Shown here in pieces: positions 6,776 to 17,220 of a stretch of DNA of 37,923 nucleotides. The stretch is from the sequence record DRR378314_946; one strand, written 5' to 3'. The position numbers and the translations under genes are program-made. Numbering within the stretch: position 1 is the stretch's first letter; the number at the start of each line of letters is the position of its first letter. Under the pieces are notes generated by a model. The model made no database searches. It was not told the origin of the DNA and saw nothing but the letters and a program-made list of their open reading frames with translations.

Positions 6776-9418
6776 ATGGTCTGCACAGTCGCGGCAGGAA
6801 CCCAAGCTAATTATTATCTCAACGAACAGGCCGAGTATTATACAGGCGGTAAAGAGCCGACCGGCGTTTGGTGTCTGCAGGAAGATCTGTTTGGACTGCA
6901 AAATGGGGATCAGGTTAAAGCTGAAGACTTTCGTCTTCTTCATGATGGTTTGGATCTTGATGGTAATCCATTAGGACAGAAGCGCGGGACACTTCAGAAA
7001 CGGGTAACAGGATATGATCTCACCTTTAGCGCTCCAAAGTCTGTTTCTGTGCTTTGGGCCTTATGCTCTGACGAGCAACGGCAGGCAATCGAAGCTTCTC
7101 AAGAAAAAGCGGTTAGGGAAGCTCTTTCTCTCCTTAATGATCATGCGGCTTTTGCACGGCGGGGGAAAGGCGGTGTTGAGTTGGAATCTGTGTCTTTCAA
7201 TGCTGCTCTCTTTCAACATGGTGAGTCTCGGGCAGAGAAACATGAGGACGGAACGCTCCGAGCAGATCCGCAACTTCATACCCATGCCGTTGTCTTGAAT
7301 ATCGCCAAACGAGCAGATGGAACCTGGGGTGCGATTGATGGGCGGCAGTTCTATCAATGGAAGATGGCTGCAGGGGCTTATTATCGAGCGGCGCTTGCCA
7401 ATGAGTTGGTGTCGCAGTTAGGTGTCGAGTTAGGCGAGATTGATGACAAGGGATTGTTTGAGATTGCCGGTGTTCCCAGCGAGATCAGAGATGCTTTTAG
7501 CAGTCGCCGAGCTTCCATCGTGGAAGCATTGAAACAAGAGGGGATCACCTCTTCTGATAATCCAGAACTGGCGGCGCATATTGCTAAAACCAAACGGCAG
7601 TCGAAAACAGGCCTGTTGGTAGAAATAGATGATCGGCATGAAAGATGGAAAGACGAAAGTCAGGCTCTTGGGTTTGGCCAGCAAGATCTTGAAGCCTGTT
7701 TTGGTCGAGAAATTGCTTTGAAACTAAATCTGAAAGATCACCTGAAAACTCTTCCAGAGGAGCTTACAGAACATTCCAGTGTGTTTACCAAATCAGAATT
7801 GGTGAGATTGCTCTCAATCGAGGGACTGAATGCCGGGTACAGTTCATCTGAACTGAACGAGGCTCTGACCGACTTACTGGACGCTGAAGAGTTTGTTGAG
7901 CTAGCCCGCAATGAAAAAGGGCAATTGATTTATTCGACACAAAGTCAGATCAAACTGGAACAGGAGTTGCAGCAGCTCGCTAAGGAGGGTGCAGAGGCAA
8001 CGCGCTTCCAATTGGACCGACTGAAAACTCTGTCTCACCTATCTAAGAGTAGACTGTCAGAAGAACAGAAAGAAGGTGTGCTATCTGTGACAACTGGATC
8101 TGATGTCACTGTGATTGAAGGGGCGGCTGGTTCTGGCAAAAGTCACAGCCTTAAGTTTGTTACAGATCTTTACAAGGCTGAGGGAAAGCGAGTGATCGGA
8201 AGTGCAACAGCGTGGAAGATTGCCCATCAGCTAGCCGAAGACTGCGACATTGAAACCAGATCCACAGACTCGTGGCTTGCAAGAGCTGATCATGGCAAAG
8301 CCTTTCTGGATGCAAACACCGTTTTGATTGTCGATGAAGCAGGGCAGCTTTCCTCAAAACAAATGCATCGGATCTTGACCCAAGCCAAAGAAGCAAAAGC
8401 AAAGGTAATTCTCACGGGTGATCAAAAGCAGCTCCAAGCGATTGGAGCAGGACCAGGTCTTCGCATTGTTGCCGAGCAAACAGGCTCCGCACGTATCGAC
8501 ACGATCAGACGGCAAAATGATAAATGGGCGCGAGATGCGGCGACAGACTTTTCCTTAGGTTGGGCTGATAAGGCGCTCGCTGCATTTGAGAGACACGGAA
8601 AAGTTCACTGGGTGAAATCAGAAGAGGCTGCAGTTGAGGAGGTTGTTGGTAAGTGGATGCAAAACCGAAAACAGCATCCGAAAGAGAGTTCACTGATTTT
8701 GGCTAAGACCAATGTGAAAGTTGCCAAGTTGAATGAGCGGATCAGAGAGGAGCTTAAAGAGGCTGGTCAGATCAGAGGGGAGGAGACGGAGTTTCTTTCC
8801 ATTGCGTCTTCTGGACAAGTTCAACGTCTCACAATTGCCGCAGGTGACCAAATTCGCTTCACCAAGCGAAATGACGATCTGGGAGTGATTAATGGGACTA
8901 CAGCTAAGATCCTGAAAATTGAAAGAGGTGAAAAGAGACAGGCAAAACTCTTCCTGCAGATGGGATCTGAAATTAAATCTGTATCAATCTCTGATCTGGC
9001 TGATGAAAAGGGCAGGGCGCCGCTCACTCATAACTACGCCTCTACGATCTATTCCGCGCAAGGCATGACGGTTGATCGGGCTTTTGTGTTGGCGGACAGT
9101 TCGCTCAAACGGAATGAGATTTATGTAGCGGCTAGTCGGGCGAAGATCGCGACAGAGCTTGTTGTGGATGAGAGCGAGATTGAGCAGAAGGTTAGGCAGA
9201 GAGCCTTATTGGTGGATCGGACTTTTAAAACAATTGATAGAAGTGAACTGCGCAGCGCACTGGCTCAGGGTTGGCATGAGGCACAGGAGAAGGTGAGTAC
9301 GTTGGATTATGAATGTGGAGCACAGCTCGCGTCAGAATTGAGGCGTGATCTGGAGATGACGAAGCAAAAGAACTATCTGGCTCAGATCCACGTAGGTAAC
9401 CGCCAACTCGAACTTTAA
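6776..9418 (+). CDS. MOBF (TrwC/TraI-like) relaxase fused to RecD-like helicase
   Basis: NYY..EYY tyrosine pairs, GYDLTFSAPKSVS, FQH..DPQLHTH (3H motif), GAAGSGKS, IVDEAG, GDQKQL, YASTIYSAQG. ATG 6776 follows GGAGG. Confidence 0.95.
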   Translation: MVCTVAAGTQANYYLNEQAEYYTGGKEPTGVWCLQEDLFGLQNGDQVKAEDFRLLHDGLDLDGNPLGQKRGTLQKRVTGYDLTFSAPKSVSVLWALCSDEQRQAIEASQEKAVREALSLLNDHAAFARRGKGGVELESVSFNAALFQHGESRAEKHEDGTLRADPQLHTHAVVLNIAKRADGTWGAIDGRQFYQWKMAAGAYYRAALANELVSQLGVELGEIDDKGLFEIAGVPSEIRDAFSSRRASIVEALKQEGITSSDNPELAAHIAKTKRQSKTGLLVEIDDRHERWKDESQALGFGQQDLEACFGREIALKLNLKDHLKTLPEELTEHSSVFTKSELVRLLSIEGLNAGYSSSELNEALTDLLDAEEFVELARNEKGQLIYSTQSQIKLEQELQQLAKEGAEATRFQLDRLKTLSHLSKSRLSEEQKEGVLSVTTGSDVTVIEGAAGSGKSHSLKFVTDLYKAEGKRVIGSATAWKIAHQLAEDCDIETRSTDSWLARADHGKAFLDANTVLIVDEAGQLSSKQMHRILTQAKEAKAKVILTGDQKQLQAIGAGPGLRIVAEQTGSARIDTIRRQNDKWARDAATDFSLGWADKALAAFERHGKVHWVKSEEAAVEEVVGKWMQNRKQHPKESSLILAKTNVKVAKLNERIREELKEAGQIRGEETEFLSIASSGQVQRLTIAAGDQIRFTKRNDDLGVINGTTAKILKIERGEKRQAKLFLQMGSEIKSVSISDLADEKGRAPLTHNYASTIYSAQGMTVDRAFVLADSSLKRNEIYVAASRAKIATELVVDESEIEQKVRQRALLVDRTFKTIDRSELRSALAQGWHEAQEKVSTLDYECGAQLASELRRDLEMTKQKNYLAQIHVGNRQLEL

Positions 9419-10590
9419 TCTCTCAACTCCCAAGGTGAAAAGTCACCTAACTGGAGCAGTTTCGGGATGTCACCATTAGTTGGGTCAATCTTTTCAATGA
9501 ACTCTTTCGCCCATTTGAGCCATTCAGAATCTTCAGTAGTGAGGCCGTTTTTTGATGTATGTTTTTGTTCCCAGGTAGTTAAGAACTCTCGTAGCTGGCA
9601 AGCCTTTTGCCAGCTTGCTAGATGCTTGTTTAAAGCCTCTGATCGTTTGTTTTCGAGTGCTTTTAGTTGTTGAGCCTCTTCGCGCTGCTTTCTTTGTATC
9701 TCCCATTCCCTTTCTTGCGCCTCGCGTTGTTCGCGGGAATGCCTTTTAGATACAGCACATGCTTGGATGCCCTGAATGATATTGGGTAAAATGGATTCTA
9801 GTGTTTGAATTTTGGCATCTGCAAATGTTCGTCTAAGCCCGTCATAACCGTTATATTCAATCTTGAAGACAAGCTTTCCAGAAGGCGAGAAATCCCACTC
9901 TGGTATATTGGGGTGATCAAGATATGAATACCAGTTTCCTGATCTTGTTTTTTGCTTCCAACGGTCCAGCTGTTTTTGCTCTTGTTCAGTGATTTCGTGT
10001 GGATGTTTGTCGAACCTTTCAGTGATGCTGAAAGGGAGTGCTTCTCCATCAAATTGAAGAAGCGTATCCTCTTCGTTGGCAATTAGTTCTATGCCTGCAT
10101 GGAATGTGGCTTTTTGGAACGCCTCAAGAAATTTAATCAATCTTACACGGTTGTGTTCATGGATGGAGCAACTGATGTGTTTCGGGGCTTTCATCAGGCC
10201 AGCTTTGTCAGCTTTTTTATTCTCAAGTTTTTTAGCCGTTTGTGAAAAGATCTTGGTTGGAGGAATTGCGTCATTTGTTTCGTCGGGAGAAAGCGCTTTT
10301 TCGATTGAGTTTATCTTCGTCTTAAGCTCAGTAGACAATTTTGAGAAATGTGATCCAAAGATTTTTATTTGATCCAATCGAGGATCGCTAGGAGAGGGAA
10401 GGGAAATCTGCTGCACTTTTTTCCCATGCGCCTTCTTTGCCCAATACCCCATCTTTGGTGTTGGAATTTCATGTTTCACGCAGATCTTTTTTAACCCAAC
10501 ATCTGAGATGCCTAATTCCAGTGAGGCTTTTGTCATAGGTTTGGACCAGATGAGGTCATAGAGCTCTTGTCTTGAGAGAGTTTTGGTCAT
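9415..10590 (-). CDS. Hypothetical protein with N-terminal HTH-like region and C-terminal coiled coil
   Basis: LSRQELYDLIWSKPMTKASLELGISDVGLKKIC..IPTP..GYWAK is a motif I recognise from island-borne hypotheticals. Convergent 4-bp overlap with the relaxase. Confidence 0.75.
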   Translation of the reverse strand: MTKTLSRQELYDLIWSKPMTKASLELGISDVGLKKICVKHEIPTPKMGYWAKKAHGKKVQQISLPSPSDPRLDQIKIFGSHFSKLSTELKTKINSIEKALSPDETNDAIPPTKIFSQTAKKLENKKADKAGLMKAPKHISCSIHEHNRVRLIKFLEAFQKATFHAGIELIANEEDTLLQFDGEALPFSITERFDKHPHEITEQEQKQLDRWKQKTRSGNWYSYLDHPNIPEWDFSPSGKLVFKIEYNGYDGLRRTFADAKIQTLESILPNIIQGIQACAVSKRHSREQREAQEREWEIQRKQREEAQQLKALENKRSEALNKHLASWQKACQLREFLTTWEQKHTSKNGLTTEDSEWLKWAKEFIEKIDPTNGDIPKLLQLGDFSPWELRD

Positions 10591-10951
10591 CGAAAATGAA
10601 ACCTTCTCTAATTTTCTGCTGAGTTATTTGGGTGTGAATTACAGGTTATTTTCATCAAATGGACACTTCCGCTAAGGCTTGGAATAAAATGAGTCGAATA
10701 CATAATGAATGTACTGCTGTATGAAGCCCCAAAGAATGTAATTTTCAACTCGTAATTAAACGTCTTATCTCCAATTTAAGGAACTGAAGAACAAAAGGGC
10801 GAGAAGGTTATCGAGCAACTGTTAGAAGTTTGTGTGATAGTTGTTCACTGTTAGGTTGTGGCTTTACAATGATAGTACGTTGTTTAGTATGATAATCGGA
10901 AGAAGTGAAGTGGTCGCTAAATAGATAGAGCACCCGAAAACAAGAGTAAAA

Positions 10952-13900
10952 ATGGTGATCATCGATAACATCAATATCAAGCTCGGCGACGAGCTAAAGC
11001 AATCGCTTAAAAACTCAGGTAAGTTGCGAATTGCCGCGTCTTGTTTTTCCATCTATGCATTTGAAGCCTTGAAGGACGAATTGCAGAAAATTGATTCCCT
11101 TGAGTTCATTTTTACAGCTCCAACATTCACGCCAACACAAGCCGCTGATAAAATGCGGAAGGAAAAACGGGAGTTTTATATTCCCAAAGTCAACCGTGAA
11201 AGCAGCCTTTATGGCTCAGAATTTGAAATCAAGCTTAGGAATAAGCTAACACAACGTGCTATTGCCCGTGAATGCGCTGACTGGATCAGAAAGAAAGCAA
11301 GTTTCAAATCAAACAATAGCAAAGAGTCTATGCCGCAATTTGCTTGTATTGAGGATAATGATAAAAGCTCTGCATTTCTGCCCCTAAATGGATTTACTGC
11401 GGTTGATTTAGGTTACGAGCAAGGCAATGCAGTATTCAACTATGTTCATAAAATTGAAGAGCCATCTCAAACTTCGACATATCTGAAAACGTTTGATCAA
11501 ATCTGGCGTGACCCAGAGCAGCTTGAAGATGTGACAGAAGCCATCTGCGAACATATTGAAAGCGTCTACCAGGAAAACTCGCCAGAGCGCATTTACTTCC
11601 AAATTCTTTACAATATCTTCAATGAGTTCCTTGATGATATTAACGAAGATGTACTGCCGAACGATCTGACAGGCTATCAGGACAGCCTGATCTGGCAGAA
11701 ACTATTCAATTACCAACGTGATGCAGCAACAGGCCTGATCAACAAGCTGGAAACATATAATGGCTGTATTCTGGCCGATAGCGTTGGCTTGGGGAAAACA
11801 TTTACAGCGCTTGCTGTGATGAAATACTATGAGCTGCGAAACAAGTCTGTCCTTCTTCTTTGCCCTAAAAAGCTGGCTGACAACTGGCTTACCTTTAATC
11901 GTAATCAAAAGAACAACATCTTTGCAGGCGACCGCTTTAATTATGACGTTCTCTGTCATACAGACTTGTCTCGTGACAGCGGAGAATCTTTCGGCACAAA
12001 TCTGGGACTAATAAACTGGGGCAATTATGATCTTGTAGTGATCGATGAAAGCCATAATTTCAGAAACAATGATGTCTATAAAGACAAGGAAACCCGTTAT
12101 CAAAAGCTGATGAACCAGGTAGTCAAGACTGGCGTAAAAACCAAGGTTTTGATGCTGTCGGCTACGCCAGTGAACAACAGGTTCAACGATCTGCGCAACC
12201 AACTTGCTTTGGCCTATGAAGGTCATTCTGATGATTTGAGTCAAAAGCTGAAAACTACCTCCAGTGTTGAGAACATCTTCAAGCGAGCGCAGGCTGCCTT
12301 CAATGAATGGTCGAAGCTACCACCAGAAAGCCGTACCGCCGAAACGATCCTGAAAGCTCTGGACTTTGACTTTTTTGAACTATTGGACAGTGTGACGATT
12401 GCGAGGTCACGAAAGCATATTGAGACATTCTATGACACCAAAGATATTGGCAAATTCCCAGAGCGGTTGAAGCCTATCTCAGTACGGTCACCACTGACCA
12501 CCCGCTGTGATGTGATGAGCTTGAATGATATTGTCGCACAGTTGTCGCTGTTGAAGCTCTGCGTCTATGCGCCTATCAGCTACATCCTACCAAGCCGCCT
12601 CGCCAAATATGAAGAGCTGTATGACACCGAGGTTGAAGGTGGTAAAGGTAAGTTGCGTCAGGCTGATCGTGAGCGCAGTTTGCAAGCTTTGATGACCACC
12701 AACTTACTCAAGCGTCTTGAAAGCTCCGTTGAGGCGTTCAGGCTTACGCTCGGCGCACTCAAGGAAAATCACGACAATACACTAAAGGCAATCTATGGCT
12801 TTAATGCCACAGGAAGCGGTGATGATGTCAATGACTTTACCTCTGGCCTTGGCGGCTTGGATGCAGACGATGATGACTTGTCAGGCTTGAATGAATTTAC
12901 CGTTGGTAAAAAGGTACAGATTAGCCTTGCTGATATGGATGTGAAGTCATGGGAACATGACCTGAAGGCAGACCTGACGCTGATTGATGACCTGCTTCAA
13001 AGCATGCAAAAAATCGCGCCAGAAGATGATGCGAAACTTCAACATTTGCATGATCAGATTAATGAAAAGATCAACAACCCTATTAACGCTGGCAACAAGA
13101 AGGTTATCATCTTTTCAGCCTTTGCTGATACGGCAGAGTATCTATATAAAAACCTGGCTCCCGCATTGCTAGAGGAACATCAGCTTAATGCGGCCATTCT
13201 CACAGGCAGTCGTTCAGCATCAAATCTTAATAAGTCTTACGATTTCAATTCGCTTTTGACGCTTTTTTCACCTAAGTCTAAAGATAAAGAAGTTTTGTTC
13301 CCAAATGATCCAAACGAGCTAGATATTCTGATTGGCACAGACTGCATTTCTGAAGGGCAAAACCTTCAGGACTGTGACTATCTGATTAACTATGACATTC
13401 ACTGGAACCCTGTACGGATTATTCAACGCTTTGGCCGAGTTGACCGTATCGGCTCACCGAATGATCAAATTCAGCTTGTGAACTATTGGCCTGACATTAC
13501 GCTGGATGATTATATCAATCTCAAGGAACGGGTTGAAAACCGCATGATTATCGCCGATGTGACGGCCACTGGTGATGATAACGTCCTGACTGCCAAGAGC
13601 AGTGAAATAGCCTACCGCAAGGATCAGCTTAAACGCTTGCAAGATGAAGTGATCGAGCTGGAAGATGTGAAGACAGGTGTGTCTATCACTGACCTTGGCC
13701 TGAATGACTTCCGCATGGATTTGCTTAATTACGTGAAGGAAAATGGTGAGCTGGACGACATGCCAAAGGGCATGCATGCAGTTGTGCCTGAAAACAACGA
13801 GCTTGGCCTGTCAGAAGGTGCTATCTTTGCGCTACGAAACATCAATGACGAAGTAAACGTCAATCAACAAAACAGGCTGCATCCATACTATCTGGTTTAT

Positions 13901-14221
13901 ATCAGCAAAGAAGACGGCGAAGTGATTGCTGACCACACAGAGGTTAAACGCCTGCTAGACCTGATCCGTACAAGCTGTAAGGGCAAGTCAGAACCTATCA
14001 AATATATCTGCAAGATATTCAATGACCGCACAGATGATGGGCGCGAGATGCAGGAATATTCTGACCTTTTAACCCAATCCATCCAGTCGATGATTGAGGT
14101 GAAAGAAGAAAAGGATATTGATAGCCTATTTAGCGGAGGTAAGACCTCTGCGCTGATCAACACAATTGCTGGCCTTGATGACTTTGAACTGATTGCCTTT
14201 GTCGTGGTTCAGGGGGAATAG
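10952..14221 (+). CDS. SNF2-family helicase with degenerate PLD-like N-terminal domain
   Basis: LADSVGLGKT, VIDESHNFRN, LSATP, SEGQNLQ, QRFGRVDRIG. Confidence 0.92.
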   Translation: MVIIDNINIKLGDELKQSLKNSGKLRIAASCFSIYAFEALKDELQKIDSLEFIFTAPTFTPTQAADKMRKEKREFYIPKVNRESSLYGSEFEIKLRNKLTQRAIARECADWIRKKASFKSNNSKESMPQFACIEDNDKSSAFLPLNGFTAVDLGYEQGNAVFNYVHKIEEPSQTSTYLKTFDQIWRDPEQLEDVTEAICEHIESVYQENSPERIYFQILYNIFNEFLDDINEDVLPNDLTGYQDSLIWQKLFNYQRDAATGLINKLETYNGCILADSVGLGKTFTALAVMKYYELRNKSVLLLCPKKLADNWLTFNRNQKNNIFAGDRFNYDVLCHTDLSRDSGESFGTNLGLINWGNYDLVVIDESHNFRNNDVYKDKETRYQKLMNQVVKTGVKTKVLMLSATPVNNRFNDLRNQLALAYEGHSDDLSQKLKTTSSVENIFKRAQAAFNEWSKLPPESRTAETILKALDFDFFELLDSVTIARSRKHIETFYDTKDIGKFPERLKPISVRSPLTTRCDVMSLNDIVAQLSLLKLCVYAPISYILPSRLAKYEELYDTEVEGGKGKLRQADRERSLQALMTTNLLKRLESSVEAFRLTLGALKENHDNTLKAIYGFNATGSGDDVNDFTSGLGGLDADDDDLSGLNEFTVGKKVQISLADMDVKSWEHDLKADLTLIDDLLQSMQKIAPEDDAKLQHLHDQINEKINNPINAGNKKVIIFSAFADTAEYLYKNLAPALLEEHQLNAAILTGSRSASNLNKSYDFNSLLTLFSPKSKDKEVLFPNDPNELDILIGTDCISEGQNLQDCDYLINYDIHWNPVRIIQRFGRVDRIGSPNDQIQLVNYWPDITLDDYINLKERVENRMIIADVTATGDDNVLTAKSSEIAYRKDQLKRLQDEVIELEDVKTGVSITDLGLNDFRMDLLNYVKENGELDDMPKGMHAVVPENNELGLSEGAIFALRNINDEVNVNQQNRLHPYYLVYISKEDGEVIADHTEVKRLLDLIRTSCKGKSEPIKYICKIFNDRTDDGREMQEYSDLLTQSIQSMIEVKEEKDIDSLFSGGKTSALINTIAGLDDFELIAFVVVQGE

Positions 14222-14222
14222 T

Positions 14223-14918
14223 ATGACAGTGTTCTTTGCATATCCTGACAGCGCCAAATATGGTCGCATGGTGCCAAAATCCAAGATTTATGAGCACGCA
14301 AAGGCATCGACAAAACTGAAGGGCTTGTTTGTTGAACAAGTGGATAAAATCACTTGGGTCTACAAGCTGGCACCAGAGACAATCAATATCAAGGCAACCA
14401 AGTCCGTGCCTGAAATTCAGGTATTTGAGATCAGGCTCAAATCAAATGTGCTGCATAAGGATATTCTAACCGCGATTGATAAAGCCATTCCATTTCCGTT
14501 GATCTTTGAACTGGTACACGGAGGCAAGCGCAAGGCCGTTGCTGCATACAAACGCCAAAATGAAGCCGACAAATCAAAGTGGGTAATCAGCGATCATCTT
14601 GAGTCGCAGTGGCAGACAGAGCCATTTGAGTGTGAAAGCCTGCCTATGGCACTTGATTTATCTGTGCTGTACGAGAAATTACTTGCCCCTCTGCTTCCAA
14701 AAGCTGAACAGTCGGAAGTCCCTATACAAGCTCGTCTTGACGCTCTCGAAGAGATAAAAGCTCAGCAACGAGAAGTGGATAAGATTGCTTCAAAATTAAA
14801 GAAAGAAAAGCAATTCAAAAAGAAAGTTGCTATCAATTCAGAATTAAGGGCCGCGAAAGAAAAATTGGCGGAACTGAAAGCATTGGACAATAATTTCAAA
14901 GAAGATGAAGTTTCTTAA
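14223..14918 (+). CDS. DUF4391-family protein
   Basis: ITWVYKLAPETINI..VPEIQVF..IDKAIPFPLIFEL, C-terminal coiled coil KKEKQFKKKV; ATG begins 1 nt after the helicase stop. Typical position before a type III mod. Confidence 0.85.
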   Translation: MTVFFAYPDSAKYGRMVPKSKIYEHAKASTKLKGLFVEQVDKITWVYKLAPETINIKATKSVPEIQVFEIRLKSNVLHKDILTAIDKAIPFPLIFELVHGGKRKAVAAYKRQNEADKSKWVISDHLESQWQTEPFECESLPMALDLSVLYEKLLAPLLPKAEQSEVPIQARLDALEEIKAQQREVDKIASKLKKEKQFKKKVAINSELRAAKEKLAELKALDNNFKEDEVS

Positions 14919-14928
14919 AGGTCAAGAT

Positions 14929-15261
14929 ATGGATATTGAGTTTTTTAATACCGCTACAGATGTTGTGCTCGAAATCGAAATAAATCCAGCAAGCGCCGAG
15001 AGGTTTGAAAGTAGATATGAAGCTGTAACCGGTGTTCTGCCAACCCTAGGTATTGGCTACCAACATCAACCCAACAAATGGGGAGCCGAATGTCGGGTGT
15101 ACTTCAACTCAGAACAAGATTTATCTGATGAATTTACTTCTTTAGACATTTATGTCGAAGAAGGACGTCGCCCATATCGGCAGACCTGGCAATACAGAAC
15201 AAATGATAGGGAATTCTTTTGGGAGTTAATAAACAAGGGGTTCCGATTGGGGAATAATTGA
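14929..15261 (+). CDS. Small hypothetical protein in the DUF4391-mod slot
   Basis: 110-aa aromatic-rich ORF, co-oriented within the operon; second Met chosen as start. Confidence 0.7.
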   Translation: MDIEFFNTATDVVLEIEINPASAERFESRYEAVTGVLPTLGIGYQHQPNKWGAECRVYFNSEQDLSDEFTSLDIYVEEGRRPYRQTWQYRTNDREFFWELINKGFRLGNN

Positions 15262-15311
15262 AATCTTATTAACAAACAAAACAGCAATGAAAAATAGACT
15301 TAGAAAATGCA

Positions 15312-17210
15312 ATGACTATTAAAAAACTAGATATGCAGACAATGAACATAACTCAAAAAAATATTGAAGGCATTGCTCAGCTATTTCCGAATTGCGTTAG
15401 CGAGGCAAAGGATATCGATGGTAATGGTAGCCTACGTGTAGATTTTGACCAATTGAGGCAAGAGTTATCTGACGTATTAGTAGAAGGTTCAGAGGAACGC
15501 TACAGACTAGATTGGCCGGGTAAGCGTGAAGCTATGTTAGCTGCTAATGTACCCATTGCAAAAACCCTACGACCAAGCCGTAAAGATAGTCTGAATTTTG
15601 ACACTACCAAAAATCTCTTTATCGAAGGTGACAATCTAGACGCCTTAAAACTATTGCAGGAAACATACCTCGCCAAAGTAAGTGTGATCTATATCGACCC
15701 ACCTTACAATACTGGTAATGATTTTATTTATGAGGATGATTTTGCAAAAAGTGAAGCTGACTTTCTGTTATCCACAGATCAGGCTGATGCTATAGGAAAC
15801 CGACTTGTTGCTAACAAAGATAGTAACGGTCGTTTTCATTCAGATTGGCTTTCTATGTTACTTTCTAGGCTTAAACTTGCACGAAACTTATTGCGTGATG
15901 ATGGTGTTATTTTCATCAGTATTGATGAAGGAGAGGTCCATAATCTCAAAAAGCTCGGAGAGGAAGTCTTTGGCGCTAGTAATTTCTTCTGCTCATTTAT
16001 TTGGCAAAAAAGAAGTGGTTCCATGGACTCCGTCGATGGTGTCAGCATAGATCATGAATATGTTTTAGCTTTTGCGAAGAACAAGAAACGGCTGAAGGGA
16101 GTTAAGCGCGCCTATGAAAAGTATACCAACCCAGATAATGATCCAAGGGGGCCCTGGATAAGTGATAATCTTAGCGCTGGTAAAGCAGGTGGCAATGTTC
16201 ACTATCCAATAACAGACCCAAGAACTGGGAATAAGTTTCTTCCCCCAAAAGGTCGTTTCTGGCCATACAATCCAAAAACTATGCAACAAAAGATTGAGGA
16301 AGGCAGGGTTTTATTTCCAGATACGCCGGATGGTCGCCCTATGCTAAAGCGTTTCAAAAACGAGGCCAAATCACAGTACCTTCCAGTCTCTACTTTAGTT
16401 AGAAATTTTACTGACAAAAAGATACCAAGCAATGCAATTGTTTCCGCTCTAAATACAAAGGGAACTGCGGAGATACAGACTCTATTTGGCGAAAAAACAT
16501 TTTCATTCCCTAAATCTACTGTTTTGTTGAAATCTCTTATTGGACAAGCAGCAAATAACCATGAAATAATTATGGATTTTTTTGCAGGCTCTTCTACAAC
16601 GGCAGATGCTGTCATGCAAATGAATGCCGAAGATGGTGGTTCCCGACAATTCATTATGATTCAACTTCCCGAAGAAATCAGCGCAAAAAATGAAGTAACC
16701 AAACTCGGCTTCAAAGACATATCCGCGCTTTCGATGGAGCGTATTCGACTTGCAGGAAAACAAATTCTCGCAGGCGGGTACCATCAAGACTGGAATAAAG
16801 ACATTGGCTTCCGAGTTTTAAAAATCGACACATCCAATATGTCGGATGTTTATTATCGACCTGACGAAGTCAAGCAAGCCGACCTGCTGGAAACTGTCAG
16901 TAATATTAAGGAAGGCCGTGACAACCCTGAAGACTTGTTGTTCCAGGTTTTGCTGGACTGGGGTGTTGATCTGACCTTACCGATTGAAAAGAAGTCGATT
17001 CAGGGCAAGGATGTTTATTTCGTTGATCAGAACGCACTGGCCGCTTGTTTTGACACAGGTGTGACAGAAGAACTGGTGAAGGAAATCGCAGGGCATGAGC
17101 CGTTGCGTGTCGTCTTTAAGGATAATGGTTTTGTTTCTGATGCGGTGAAGATCAATGTGGATCAGGTCTTCCGTCAGCGTTCTCCGTCAACTGAAGTGAA
17201 GTCCATATAA
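15312..17210 (+). CDS. mod: Type III R-M DNA methyltransferase (Mod)
   Basis: NLFIEGDNL, IYIDPPYNTG (motif IV), central TRD, DFFAGSSTT (motif I); beta-class order. Confidence 0.95.
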   Translation: MTIKKLDMQTMNITQKNIEGIAQLFPNCVSEAKDIDGNGSLRVDFDQLRQELSDVLVEGSEERYRLDWPGKREAMLAANVPIAKTLRPSRKDSLNFDTTKNLFIEGDNLDALKLLQETYLAKVSVIYIDPPYNTGNDFIYEDDFAKSEADFLLSTDQADAIGNRLVANKDSNGRFHSDWLSMLLSRLKLARNLLRDDGVIFISIDEGEVHNLKKLGEEVFGASNFFCSFIWQKRSGSMDSVDGVSIDHEYVLAFAKNKKRLKGVKRAYEKYTNPDNDPRGPWISDNLSAGKAGGNVHYPITDPRTGNKFLPPKGRFWPYNPKTMQQKIEEGRVLFPDTPDGRPMLKRFKNEAKSQYLPVSTLVRNFTDKKIPSNAIVSALNTKGTAEIQTLFGEKTFSFPKSTVLLKSLIGQAANNHEIIMDFFAGSSTTADAVMQMNAEDGGSRQFIMIQLPEEISAKNEVTKLGFKDISALSMERIRLAGKQILAGGYHQDWNKDIGFRVLKIDTSNMSDVYYRPDEVKQADLLETVSNIKEGRDNPEDLLFQVLLDWGVDLTLPIEKKSIQGKDVYFVDQNALAACFDTGVTEELVKEIAGHEPLRVVFKDNGFVSDAVKINVDQVFRQRSPSTEVKSI

Positions 17211-17220
17211 GAGGTGAACC

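Noticed and set aside
10863-10893. Possible sigma70 promoter TTTACA...TAGTAT/TATGAT for the defence operon
   Set aside because: Spacing is 16 or 19 nt in AT-rich DNA, too weak to call.
15312-17210. Phase-variable type III mod (phasevarion)
   Set aside because: No simple-sequence repeat tract seen in or before mod.
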